Of a stretch of 64,000 nt of DNA, positions 37,774 through 47,348 are shown piece by piece. This DNA comes from an uncultured Gammaproteobacteria bacterium (GTDB lineage: Bacteria > Patescibacteriota > Patescibacteriia > UBA9934 > GWF2-40-263). The notes beneath the pieces were generated by a model that worked only from the letters and a program-made list of their open reading frames with translations, was not told where the DNA came from and searched no databases. The DNA lies in the NCBI GenBank assembly GCA_964538435.1, contig CAZIDX010000006.1:11923-75922 (forward strand). Direction: 5' to 3'. The translations under genes and the position numbers were made by a program. Every line of letters begins with the position of its first letter. Position 1 is the first letter of the stretch.

Positions 37774-40413
37774 TTACTTCTCCCAACTCTCCATCTCTCC
37801 CCAGTTCTTTCCGGTTTCTACGTCGACTTTGAGGGGGACGTCGAACTCGGCTACGCTTTCCATCATTTCCTTGAGGCCGCGGGCGACGTCGTCGACAAGA
37901 CCTTCGTCTGCTTCGAGTACAAGTTCGTCGTGTACTTGTAGGAGCACTCGAGCCGGGAGTCCGCTTGCGCGCAGCCAGCCGTCTACAGCGAGCATGGCTT
38001 TTTTCATGAGGTCTGCTGCAGTTCCCTGGATTGGCATGTTGATTGCCATGCGCTCGGCCTGGGCGATCAGCATTGGGATGCCGGTTTCTATTTCTGGGAG
38101 GTAGCGGCGGCGGCCGAAGAGTGTTTCTACGTAGCCTTGCTCGCGTGCGAGGTCTTTTGTGTCATCGAGGTAGGCTCGCACCGCTTTGTGTACTTGGAAG
38201 TACTTTTCGATGAACATCTTTGCTTCTTGTTGGGAAAAACCGGTTGAACGGGCGAGGGCGCGTGAGCCCATGCCGTACATGATTCCGAAGTTGATGGCTT
38301 TTGCTGCGCGGCGCTGCTCCTTTGTGACTTCCTCCTCGCTGATATCCCAGACTTCTGATGCTGTGCGTGTGTGAATGTCGGCACCTGATTGGAATGCCTC
38401 GATAAACGGCTTGTCTCCTGCGATGATGGCCATGAGGCGCAGCTCTACTTGTGAGTAATCTGCTGCGATGAGGGTTTTTCCTTTTGGCGCGATGAATGCT
38501 TTTCTGATTTCGCGCCCTAGTTCTGTTTTGATTGGAATGTTTTGCAGGTTTGGCTCAGAAGAAGAGAGTCGGCCGGTTGCTGTGACAGTCTGGTTAAACG
38601 ATGTGTGTATGCGCGCGTCTTTTTCTACGAGTTTTGGCAGAGCCTCGACGTACGTTGATTGGAGCTTTGCGAGCTCCCGGTATTCTGAGATGAGAGGAAT
38701 GACTTCGTGTGTACCATGAAGTTTTTCTAGCTCGCTTGCGGCTGTGGAGTATCCTGTTTTTGTTTTCTTGATTCCTTTGGTTGGGAGCTCTAGCTTTTCA
38801 AAGAGAACCTCTGCTAGTTGAGCAGGGGAGTTGATGTTGATCTCGTCTCCTGAGAACTTGTGAATCTTTTTTGTGAGCGTCTTGATCTGCTTTTCTAGTT
38901 TCTTTGAGAAACTTTCGAGTCCTTTTGTGTCGAGTTCGATGCCTGCTTTTTCCATTTCTACAAGCACTGGGACGAGAGGGATCTCAATCCCATCAAACAC
39001 TCCGCAAAGCTCTGCGTCTTTTAGATTGCGGTGCATGACATCTTCGAGCTTTGGCATGAGCGCGACAAGGGCTGCGAGCTTTTTGTAGTCTGCGTCTTTG
39101 TTGTAGTGAAGCGGGAGCTCTGGCGCTGAGGTGCCCAGTTGCTTGTTGATTGCAGAATGCAGATCGTGTGCGCGTGAACCTGAGTGCAGCAAATATGAGG
39201 CGATGGTTATGTCAAATACTTGTGTGCTGATTTTCCATCCTGTGCTGTGCATGAGCGTCTTGAGATCTGGAACCACGACTCGCGACGTCTTTTGAAGGGC
39301 TGCACCCACCTCGTCGAATACCTCTTGCTTTGGGTTTGGAATGACGAGTGTTTGTTTTCCATCAGAGAGCGCGATTGCTGCGACTGTGCCACCGAATAGA
39401 TCTGCTTGTTGCTCAGCTAGAATGAGACCGACTGTTTTGTCTGCGAAGTTTGAAAGCTTGTCTGAAAGCTCTTCTGTGTCTTTTAGGATCTCAACGGTGT
39501 CTTTTGCTTTTTGTTGACGCTTTGGTGCAGGTACATCTGCCATTGGGACCTGATGCTTTCTAAGGAGAGAGCGGAACTCTAGGTTGCGGTAGATCTCGAG
39601 CAGGGTCTTCCAGTCTGGTTCTTTTACTTTTGCAGAAGGGAAGCGGAAGCCGGTTTTTACGTCTCGCACAATCGTTGCAAGGAGTTTCGACTGCTCTGCG
39701 ACTTCTTCTTGACCTCGGAGCTTCTTTGCAAACTTCTCCACGATCTTTCCGTTCTTGAGCGCTTTGTATACACCGCCTAGTGTCTTGTGCTCTTGCAGAA
39801 GAAGGGTTGCTGTTTTGTCTCCCACCCCTGCTACGCCCGGGATATTGTCGCTTGGATCACCGCGAAGGGCTTTGTAGTCGATGAGTTGATCTGGTTTTAA
39901 TCCGTAACGCTCAAATACAGCTGCCTTGTCGTAAATTCGTGTTTCCCCGATACCCTTGATAAAAAACAGGATATGCACGCTGTCGTCTACGAGCTGAAGT
40001 GCGTCTAGATCGCCGGTTACAATCATGACGTCCATGCCTTTTTTTGCACCTTTAAGAGAGAGTGTGCCGATGACGTCGTCTGCTTCGAATCCTTCTGCGT
40101 CGATTGATGGGATTCCAAAGCCGTCGAGGATCTCTTGGATAAGATCGATCTGGTCGTAGAGCTCTTGCTCTTTTGTTTCGCGATTGGCTTTATAGTCTTC
40201 GCTGATGTCGTTGCGGAATGTGCCGCCTGGCAGGTCCCATGCAACCGCCATGTAATCTGGTTTGTGACGCTCGAGCATCTTTTCAATGACCATGGCAAAG
40301 CCATAGGCCGCATTTACAACAAGACCGTCTTTGGTGGTCAAAGGCGGTATTGCATGCCAGCTGCGATGGAGGAGTGCATTTCCATCGAGAAGTAGGAGAG
40401 TTGGTTTTTTCAT
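37774..40413 (-). CDS. polA: DNA polymerase I
   Basis: 879 aa. 5'-3' exonuclease N-domain (LLLLDGNALLHRSWHA), then the polymerase palm, fingers and thumb motifs (RRAAKAINFGIMYG, QVHDELVLE). Confidence 0.92.
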   Translation of the reverse strand: MKKPTLLLLDGNALLHRSWHAIPPLTTKDGLVVNAAYGFAMVIEKMLERHKPDYMAVAWDLPGGTFRNDISEDYKANRETKEQELYDQIDLIQEILDGFGIPSIDAEGFEADDVIGTLSLKGAKKGMDVMIVTGDLDALQLVDDSVHILFFIKGIGETRIYDKAAVFERYGLKPDQLIDYKALRGDPSDNIPGVAGVGDKTATLLLQEHKTLGGVYKALKNGKIVEKFAKKLRGQEEVAEQSKLLATIVRDVKTGFRFPSAKVKEPDWKTLLEIYRNLEFRSLLRKHQVPMADVPAPKRQQKAKDTVEILKDTEELSDKLSNFADKTVGLILAEQQADLFGGTVAAIALSDGKQTLVIPNPKQEVFDEVGAALQKTSRVVVPDLKTLMHSTGWKISTQVFDITIASYLLHSGSRAHDLHSAINKQLGTSAPELPLHYNKDADYKKLAALVALMPKLEDVMHRNLKDAELCGVFDGIEIPLVPVLVEMEKAGIELDTKGLESFSKKLEKQIKTLTKKIHKFSGDEININSPAQLAEVLFEKLELPTKGIKKTKTGYSTAASELEKLHGTHEVIPLISEYRELAKLQSTYVEALPKLVEKDARIHTSFNQTVTATGRLSSSEPNLQNIPIKTELGREIRKAFIAPKGKTLIAADYSQVELRLMAIIAGDKPFIEAFQSGADIHTRTASEVWDISEEEVTKEQRRAAKAINFGIMYGMGSRALARSTGFSQQEAKMFIEKYFQVHKAVRAYLDDTKDLAREQGYVETLFGRRRYLPEIETGIPMLIAQAERMAINMPIQGTAADLMKKAMLAVDGWLRASGLPARVLLQVHDELVLEADEGLVDDVARGLKEMMESVAEFDVPLKVDVETGKNWGEMESWEK

Positions 40414-40442
40414 GTAGTCTCAGTTTACGAGACTTTTCCGGT

Positions 40443-41207
40443 CTAGTCTATGTGTGTGCTTGCGCAGTTCCACACAAGATCAAAGAGTGTGCGGTATGTG
40501 CGAGCGACATCACCTGAGGCAACAATGATCATAGTGTTCTCGCGACGGGTTGTAATAAAAGCAACTTGATCTGCAAAGATAATGACAGATGAAGGCAGAT
40601 CTAGGCCAGCTGGAATAAATCGGGACTCGCGAAGCTCAGCCTCGTCACGCTCAACGATTTTTCGTGTTTCGCGATTCTCTGGAATGAGTTGCTTGCTTTT
40701 AATGCCGCGTCGCTTGCGCTCTGCAATCACGCGCTCTACAAGATAAGGCTCCTTCACGTAATCGAGCAGGCCAACTCCTGAGGTGATGAGCCTGTACTCT
40801 GTGACTCCTGATGCGTAGATGTGGCGCCAGAGCTTTTTGAATCCGTCTGTGCCTTCAAAGAAAGATACACCTGGTCCACCCTGAGCTGTTTCTTGCAAAA
40901 CCTCGAGTGATGGAAGGCTTTTCTCGAGCAGGCTCTGCCGATCTAGTAGATGTTGGCGAAGGAGCTCTGGTGATTCTGCTGTGTAGACGATTCGTTTTTT
41001 TTCTTTTCCGCGCTTGTATGCACCCAGGCGTCTGAGTTTTTCAAGCATTGGATACAGTGTGGTGCGGGGGATTTGTGTGCGGCGCGAGAGCTCGAGCACG
41101 GTTGCTGTGCCAAGCTCAAGACCAGCCAAGTAGATCTTGGCTTCTTTTTTGTCGAGACCGAATGCCTCGAGGCCTTCGAGTACTTCGGGTGAGTAGTGCA
41201 TACGCAT
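40443..41207 (-). CDS. TrmB-family transcriptional regulator (second copy)
   Basis: wHTH LELGTATVLELSRRTQIPRTTLYPMLEKLRRLG and a TrmB C-domain. Confidence 0.7.
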   Translation of the reverse strand: MRMHYSPEVLEGLEAFGLDKKEAKIYLAGLELGTATVLELSRRTQIPRTTLYPMLEKLRRLGAYKRGKEKKRIVYTAESPELLRQHLLDRQSLLEKSLPSLEVLQETAQGGPGVSFFEGTDGFKKLWRHIYASGVTEYRLITSGVGLLDYVKEPYLVERVIAERKRRGIKSKQLIPENRETRKIVERDEAELRESRFIPAGLDLPSSVIIFADQVAFITTRRENTMIIVASGDVARTYRTLFDLVWNCASTHID

Positions 41208-41368
41208 ATATCATACGATCTCACACCTTAGCTGAGGAGTCAAAAAGTTGTCGAATTTTTAGACACTATTTTTTGCACATGGTCGAAACCTGAGACAACT
41301 GCTCTGGGCGAGGGGATGTTTTGTCGATACGGTGAACATGCGAGACGCTTTCCTCTGAACCTAATGAG

Positions 41369-41743
41369 GTGGTCATGCTGACTCTTTCCGTCTTCGTCTC
41401 CAGCATGGTCTTCCTGGCTGCTGCGCATTTTCTGGGCGACTACGCGTTCCAGAGTGCGTGGATGGCTGCCAAGAAGGTTCCGTCCAACCACGTTCCAGGC
41501 AAGGATCCGGCAGGGCCTTGGGAGGTCCTGACCTACCACTGCCTGACCTACACGGCCACGTTCCTCCTGCTCCTTGAGATCCGCGGCGCGCCGTACTCGC
41601 TCTGGGCCCTCGTGTTCATCTTCGCGATGCACATGGCCTGCGACGCGCTCAAGTCGCGAGAGATTCTGATCAAGAAAATCTGGCAGGACCAAGTGGTCCA
41701 CCTTGGCACGCTCGCCATCGTCATTTTGGCGGGGTGGGTGTGA
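41369..41743 (+). CDS. Small polytopic membrane protein (DUF3307-like)
   Basis: Four hydrophobic helices. Starts the GC-rich island. Confidence 0.4.
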   Translation: MVMLTLSVFVSSMVFLAAAHFLGDYAFQSAWMAAKKVPSNHVPGKDPAGPWEVLTYHCLTYTATFLLLLEIRGAPYSLWALVFIFAMHMACDALKSREILIKKIWQDQVVHLGTLAIVILAGWV

Positions 41744-41859
41744 TCCCAGCCTTCTCATAGCCTCGACACGCAGTCGGGGCTTTTTCGATTGAATCATTGA
41801 CTAAAAGTCCCAATTTTGCTTTAATCTTTTGGTGGTAACAACGACCTGAGGAGGGGTTA

Positions 41860-43140
41860 GTGCAAGAGCAGAAGTTGTTTTTTCCTGAGCAGGCACATGT
41901 ATTCCACTCGATGCCAGAGCAGTTCTGGATCATTCGACAGATGGAGGAGATCTATCGAAATCTAGTTGATCATGGATACTCGCGGGCTGATGCGCTGTAC
42001 TTTGCCTATGTGCAGACGCACAAGAATCAGTTTGAGACATCCTGCGGGGCAGGGGCTGATACGTTCCGACGCGACATGACATCGCTTCTTCGCTCTGCAA
42101 AAGACATCATCCGTGAGGTCACCAAGGATTACTACTGGCCCATGCGCGAACCGCTTCAGCTTCACAACACCATCTCGCTGTGCCTGGACCCGATCCGCAT
42201 GTTCGAGATTGCGATCGCAGGACCGACACCGAGAGCAGACCCGCTTGAGCAACGTCGCGACTTCGAGGCTCTTCGCCAGTTCGCGATCGCGCTTCAATTC
42301 TACGCGATCGAGTGCGCAGATCCTGAGCACGAGGTTGCAGAAGACCTGTTCAGGATCGAGGAACTTTCCTGGGAGCGTCTGTTCATTCGTGGTGAAGGCC
42401 TGACGCTTTGGGTCATCAACCACATGAACCCTTCAAAGGGATATCGGTCTGGGAAGATCGAGTTCTTTGACAAGAAGAAGCCGGCCACGAGACGATCGAA
42501 AAGCCTCGCGCGCAAAGGCGTCCCGCACAAGGTGCACATCATTCCGAGTCGCTTGGTGAGAATCGGGAAAAAGGAGCTCATTGTTTTTGCTGCAGAGCGC
42601 AGCAAGGACCTGTTCTCCACCTTGCTCAAACTCGAGCGAGGTCGAAAGGCTGTGGACCGGCGTGGGTGGAAGTACGTCATTGTTGGATCGCGCGGCACCA
42701 AGAAAATCAAGCTCGCAACGCGAACTGATGCCGAACTCTTCCTGGAGCACACAAGGACTTTTCTCTGGCAGGACCCGCTCTTTGCGAATCCTGACGACTC
42801 TGAAGAGGTTGGAAATCCTTACCGCGACCCAACGTACTGGGACAAAAAGATCGATGGTCGGTTCCATCATCAAAACGGGGAACGCATCATCGCTGGCGCT
42901 GCTGAGCAGATTGTGACCACGCTTCGTGACTACCTGGACGCAACAACGTGTCACGATCGCCTGAACCACACTCTGTACAAAGCAGATCAGATCTTCGACG
43001 TGATCACCCCGATCTGGTTCCCGCGCAGGCGCGGCCCTTATCAGGACAATGATCGCATTCGGATCCCCAACTACGGTATCAACTGGGAGCTGGAGAGCGT
43101 TCGACAAGAGCTCGAGAGCTTCTGGAGAACCAGGATCTAG
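41860..43140 (+). CDS. Hypothetical protein (426 aa), GC-rich island
   Basis: GTG start with RBS GAGGAGGGG. No recognised domain. Confidence 0.5.
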   Translation: MQEQKLFFPEQAHVFHSMPEQFWIIRQMEEIYRNLVDHGYSRADALYFAYVQTHKNQFETSCGAGADTFRRDMTSLLRSAKDIIREVTKDYYWPMREPLQLHNTISLCLDPIRMFEIAIAGPTPRADPLEQRRDFEALRQFAIALQFYAIECADPEHEVAEDLFRIEELSWERLFIRGEGLTLWVINHMNPSKGYRSGKIEFFDKKKPATRRSKSLARKGVPHKVHIIPSRLVRIGKKELIVFAAERSKDLFSTLLKLERGRKAVDRRGWKYVIVGSRGTKKIKLATRTDAELFLEHTRTFLWQDPLFANPDDSEEVGNPYRDPTYWDKKIDGRFHHQNGERIIAGAAEQIVTTLRDYLDATTCHDRLNHTLYKADQIFDVITPIWFPRRRGPYQDNDRIRIPNYGINWELESVRQELESFWRTRI

Positions 43141-43149
43141 CTCAACGAA

Positions 43150-43185
43150 GCTGCCTTTTGAGGCGGCTTTTCTAATTGACAGAAT
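43150..43185. repeat. Terminator-promoter module family member in + orientation (GGCGGCTTTTCTAATTGACA)
   Basis: Same GGCTTTTC(T/A)AATTGACA junction as the other copies. A further copy lies at 43676-43700. Confidence 0.4.
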
Positions 43186-43241
43186 TCGGGATGGGGAGTA
43201 AATTCAGTCCTCGCACTGTCGAGAGGAAGGAGGTAGATACC

Positions 43242-43655
43242 ATGACCGATCAGGAGGCACTTTTTCAGCTACTCAGCGAGGAGGGTCTTCTCGTTGGAGG
43301 CACCATCGTGGAGCACACCCCCAACGGACTAGTGTATGGAACGATCAGTGGTTCTGACGTGGGAGAGTCTGGGTCATTGTCCATCGAATGGAACGATGGT
43401 TCTTGCAGAGTTGCTTTGTTTCACCAACTTCATTGGTTGCTCTCGGTGATCAGTGGTGTCGTTTTCCTACAACGAGTCCTGCGGAACCCTATGGGTTGCA
43501 ACCTACCCCCCAAAGAAATGAACCTCTACACCCTGATCCCGCCCCAGCAGGAGTCCGTGTCTGAACACGAATCGATCTTCGAGACCCCGCGGCGTCGGCC
43601 ACCCCCAAGCGATGCTCTGATCAGGCTCGGACGCTGGGATCGCCGGCGTCGATGA
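43242..43655 (+). CDS. Hypothetical protein (137 aa)
   Basis: Strong RBS AGGAAGGAGG lies 7 nt upstream of ATG 43242; the longer TTG-initiated track ORF has none. Confidence 0.35.
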   Translation: MTDQEALFQLLSEEGLLVGGTIVEHTPNGLVYGTISGSDVGESGSLSIEWNDGSCRVALFHQLHWLLSVISGVVFLQRVLRNPMGCNLPPKEMNLYTLIPPQQESVSEHESIFETPRRRPPPSDALIRLGRWDRRRR

Positions 43656-43886
43656 GCTACGCAAGCTGCCCTCTAGGGTGGCTTTTTCAATTCAATTATG
43701 CTCACCCTCTCCACACCACGTCATCCTGAAGGAGTTTGAATTGACTGAAGGATCCCACACACAGCAAGACAAACCTGCAATGAGCAGCGTCGAGGTCATT
43801 GTTGGAGGGGATCCTTCGCTGCGCTCAGGATGACAGGGTGGGGTGAAGGCAATTCAAAAACCCCTGCTATCGCAGAGGTTTCTGAA

Positions 43887-43898
43887 TGGGGCGACCAA
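43887..43898. repeat. 12-bp direct repeat (TGGGGCGACCAA) identical to the 3' end of tRNA-His, 134 bp from the gene: att-like scar
   Basis: Exact copy of the tRNA 3'-terminal 12 nt. The intervening 122 bp contain several hairpins and an inverted 13-nt copy of the tRNA-His T-arm (GTTCGATTCCCGTT). Confidence 0.55.
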
Positions 43899-44020
43899 TC
43901 CCGACGATCCGGCGAAGCCGGATGTCGGGACCCCGACACCAAAAGTCGTCGGGGCGGGTGTAATTCATGTTCGATTCCCGTTTCCACTAAAAAACCCTCG
44001 CTTGCGCGAAGATTTTTTAG

Positions 44021-44096
44021 TGGGGCGACCAACGGGAATCGAACCCGTAATACCAGTACCACAAACTGGTGTGATAACCGTTTCACCATGGTCGCC
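44021..44096 (-). tRNA. tRNA-His (anticodon GTG) with encoded G-1 and CCA
   Basis: The reverse complement folds with G-1:C73, acceptor GCGACCA/UGGUCGC, D-stem GUGA/UCAC, anticodon loop UUGUGGU and T-arm ACGGG-UUCGAUU-CCCGU. ORFs 43796..44098 and 43843..44229 overlapping it are spurious. Confidence 0.85.
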
Positions 44097-44181
44097 ATGG
44101 ACGGAGGGAGGATATCAAATATTCAAAAAGAGATCAAGAGTAACAGAAACACCCCGACCTGTGCGGTCGAGGTGCCGTGTG

Positions 44182-44508
44182 TCATCTCACTCTTTTTATC
44201 CAGAACTTGATCGGGCTCTTGTAGTCTAGCCACTCGAGAGCAAGTCCTGAGACTTGTCTTTTCACCCTCCCCTGAGTTGTGTTCACCCAGATATATGGAG
44301 CGCCCTCACACCCATAATCTTTTGTCCGGCCACAACGAAAGATTGCTTCGTAGTACTTCATCCCAAAAGATTGGAATTTACCCAGATGATCAAGTAGATA
44401 TTCGAAGTCTTCCGTACCCGCCCAGTCTTCGTCATTCACCCCACCTACCTCAGGTGAGGTTGAACAAATGAGCTCGTAAACCCTATCGCCTGCGCGAATT
44501 TCCATCAT
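44182..44508 (-). CDS. Hypothetical small protein (108 aa), last gene of the low-GC operon
   Basis: Stop-start overlap with the upstream methyltransferase gene. About 40% GC. Confidence 0.45.
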   Translation of the reverse strand: MMEIRAGDRVYELICSTSPEVGGVNDEDWAGTEDFEYLLDHLGKFQSFGMKYYEAIFRCGRTKDYGCEGAPYIWVNTTQGRVKRQVSGLALEWLDYKSPIKFWIKRVR

Positions 44509-45503
44509 CCTTTCCCTTTCACACCACTGAATACGAACGTGCGTTCGATGTGTTCTGTGATGAACGTGTTTTGTGTATTCTCAAACCAACTTGCCAATGT
44601 CTTACCATCGATCACTGGACACTCGACAGGAGGCGCATCGCCATGCAGCATGAAGTGTGGTTTATACCATTTCATATACTCCTCATGTGTCGGTACATAG
44701 AAATCTGCCACCCCAATAAACCCACCGGGTTTGGCAGCCTCTTCCATTTGCTGACACAGAAGTTTTCTTCCATGAAGATTCATATGGTGGTGTGTGTAAG
44801 CCGAGAGCACAACATCAAAATTACCTATCACTTCGTCTGGTAGCTTCTCCCCATCACCAAGGTAGTAAGTCGTCTTTTCATCTGCAAGCATTTTTTTGTA
44901 CACCCCCCCGTCCTTACCAGCAAAAGAGAGCTGATACTCTTCAATCATTTCGTTTGGGACAATGAATTGACCAGCCTTTGTTACCTCAAGAACATTTGGA
45001 ACGATATCAAGCATTGCGATCTGGACCTTATCGAGAAGTCCTGCTCGATCAAATGCACGTAGCGCAAACAGGGTTGTGATTGCGCCACCGCAAGGTCCGA
45101 TATCGATAAGACTAATCTCGTCTTGCTGTTTAAGTGTTTCGATATTCTCCCACAGATAAGACTCGAGCCGATTCGACAACTCATTATTTCCTTCAGAAAC
45201 CCATCTGTCTTCAAAAAACTTCTCAGAGACATATTTCTCATTCACACCAGATGGAAACCGACGCACAGCCCCTTGCTCGAGCACACTTACGTCCATGAGT
45301 GGATGGAGGTAAAAGAGTTCTTCATCAAGATTAACAGGTGTCTCGTAAGTGAATTCACTTTGTTCGTCTCGGTGCGGATTTTTACCCTCGGGAAAGAATC
45401 TTGGATCAATGAGGTGCAGATATTCTTTTTGTTTATCAGAAAAATTTTCAGGCTTCACCAGAAGCGTGTCAAAATCAACAAGTTGTTCTAGATGTTTGCT
45501 CAT
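44505..45503 (-). CDS. Class I SAM-dependent methyltransferase
   Basis: Motif I IDIGPCGGAIT and post-I acidic LDIVP. 332 aa. Confidence 0.7.
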   Translation of the reverse strand: MSKHLEQLVDFDTLLVKPENFSDKQKEYLHLIDPRFFPEGKNPHRDEQSEFTYETPVNLDEELFYLHPLMDVSVLEQGAVRRFPSGVNEKYVSEKFFEDRWVSEGNNELSNRLESYLWENIETLKQQDEISLIDIGPCGGAITTLFALRAFDRAGLLDKVQIAMLDIVPNVLEVTKAGQFIVPNEMIEEYQLSFAGKDGGVYKKMLADEKTTYYLGDGEKLPDEVIGNFDVVLSAYTHHHMNLHGRKLLCQQMEEAAKPGGFIGVADFYVPTHEEYMKWYKPHFMLHGDAPPVECPVIDGKTLASWFENTQNTFITEHIERTFVFSGVKGKG

Positions 45504-46434
45504 ATTCTTTGATAGTTATTCCAGTAGCCTTTTCAAAATTCTTGTCTGTGATATTGCCACCTGAGACAATGCAAGCGCGGATCTTTTTGTCCTTGCCATC
45601 AATCTTTGCTGCTGCGTATGCGATTGCTCCGGCGCCCTCGACCGCCTCTCCAGTCTTTTCGTAGATCTCTCGCATTGCGTCTTTGATCTGATCCTCGGTT
45701 GGCGTAATGAAACGATCAACGTTTTCTGAGATGATCTGGTAAGTCACAGTGGACGGACTAAGGTTCACAGCAAGTTTTTCTGCTTGCGACTTGTTTGGCC
45801 TTACCTCTGTGACACCACCCTTCTCTACCGCCGTCACCATGGCGTGCATATTCTCAGGCTGCACTCCCACGATCTCGATCTCTGGCTTCATCGCTTTAAG
45901 TGCAACAGAGATTCCTGAGATGAGCCCGCCGCCACCAACAGGAACATAGACGATATCTAGGTTTTTGATTTGGTCGAACAGCTCGAGACCAATTGTTCCT
46001 TGGCCAGCGATCACATCCTCGTCGTTGTACGGGTGAACAAATGGAATACTGTTCTCACGAGCGTGCTGCACAGCCATCTGCTCAGTAGAGCCAAACACAT
46101 CTGTTCCGTAGAGCACCTCATCAACCAAGCCCTCCATCTTTTCTTCTGCATCTGCTGGTGGGTTTTGAATCATCACGCAAATCGTGTGTATGCCAAGTTT
46201 CTTTCCAATGTGACCCAAAGCAAACCCATGCGTTCCGAGCGCTGACGTCATGACTTTCTTTGATGGATTATTGGTCATTGCGCTTGCTGCCCCACGAATC
46301 TTAAAACCTTTCACAACAGGCTGGTGGTTCTCGAGTTTTAGAAAAAGACCAGGATCAATCTCTTTGACTGGTGTGAGCTCAACAAGGTCTTTGATTCTTT
46401 TTTCCGAATCTTTTATGTCTTGAAGTGTAACCAT
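45475..46434 (-). CDS. PLP-dependent fold-type II enzyme, threonine/serine dehydratase-like (EutB-like)
   Basis: PLP-Lys motif KLENHQPVVKGFKIRGA and glycine-rich PVGGGGLISG. Confidence 0.75.
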   Translation of the reverse strand: MVTLQDIKDSEKRIKDLVELTPVKEIDPGLFLKLENHQPVVKGFKIRGAASAMTNNPSKKVMTSALGTHGFALGHIGKKLGIHTICVMIQNPPADAEEKMEGLVDEVLYGTDVFGSTEQMAVQHARENSIPFVHPYNDEDVIAGQGTIGLELFDQIKNLDIVYVPVGGGGLISGISVALKAMKPEIEIVGVQPENMHAMVTAVEKGGVTEVRPNKSQAEKLAVNLSPSTVTYQIISENVDRFITPTEDQIKDAMREIYEKTGEAVEGAGAIAYAAAKIDGKDKKIRACIVSGGNITDKNFEKATGITIKEYEQTSRTTC

Positions 46435-46436
46435 AA

Positions 46437-47348
46437 CTAGTTTGAAATAATTGTCTCAGCGAGCGCAGCGTCTGTGGCTGGTGGTCCGTGGTGCTTGAAA
46501 ACGATCACACCCTCAGCACCCACAAGAGATGGATCAGAGATCGTTTGACCAAGCTCAACAATGCTTCCAAGGTCATACCCTTCACCTTTGGCTAGCTTGA
46601 TCTCATCATACATTGGAATGTTTTGCTCAGAATCCACGATCACTTGAGCGTTTCCGACCGTGCCCTCTGGAACCTCTTGGTCTTTTTTCATGGCGCCCAC
46701 ACCAATAATCAAAGCGTGCTCTGACACATCTTTGGCATCAAACACAGGATTGCTTGATGTGGTTGCTGTGACAATTATATCTGCACCGAGCACGGCTTCT
46801 TTTGCGCTTTTTGCAGCTGTGATCTTTATCTCACCAGCAAGCTCGCTTACTGACGCTTCGAGATGCTCTCTTGTTGGGCTATGCATCCGCACCTCTTTTA
46901 TCTCTGGAAAAAGTTTTGTAAGTATCCGAGCATGAGCCTTTCCTTGAACACCACTTCCAAAGATTGCCAAGATGTTCTTTTTCCGAGCGAGGTGCTTCAC
47001 ACCAACAGCAGAAGAGAGGGAAGTGCGAATCGCTGCAAAGTGCCGCGCTTCAATGATTGAGTTTAAGATTCCTGTCTTGCTATCAAACACCAAGATGTAC
47101 GGGTGAACAGTTGGTAGACCTTTTTCACGATTGCGCCTGTAGTCAGTAGCTTGCTTTGAGATAAAGATCGGGCTTTCTTGCAAGTACGCTGGGAACGAAT
47201 AAAACATCCCGTCATTTACTGACATCGAAGTTGTCTCAGGGATTTGCGTGCGCCCAGAAGAGTAGTCTTGATAGCTTTTTTCGATTGCTGCAAAAGCCTT
47301 TTCAAGATCAATGGACTCTTTCACTTGTTTTTCTGAAATGATGTTCAT
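46437..47348 (-). CDS. Ornithine cyclodeaminase / mu-crystallin family protein
   Basis: 303 aa. Rossmann motif LAIFGSGVQGKAHA. Typical OCD N-terminal region. Confidence 0.75.
   Translation of the reverse strand: MNIISEKQVKESIDLEKAFAAIEKSYQDYSSGRTQIPETTSMSVNDGMFYSFPAYLQESPIFISKQATDYRRNREKGLPTVHPYILVFDSKTGILNSIIEARHFAAIRTSLSSAVGVKHLARKKNILAIFGSGVQGKAHARILTKLFPEIKEVRMHSPTREHLEASVSELAGEIKITAAKSAKEAVLGADIIVTATTSSNPVFDAKDVSEHALIIGVGAMKKDQEVPEGTVGNAQVIVDSEQNIPMYDEIKLAKGEGYDLGSIVELGQTISDPSLVGAEGVIVFKHHGPPATDAALAETIISN

Noticed and set aside
43796-44229. Three overlapping ORFs (43796..44098 -, 43830..44210 +, 43843..44229 +)
   Set aside because: All overlap the well-folded tRNA-His(GTG) gene and its att-like repeat region. 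No RBS.
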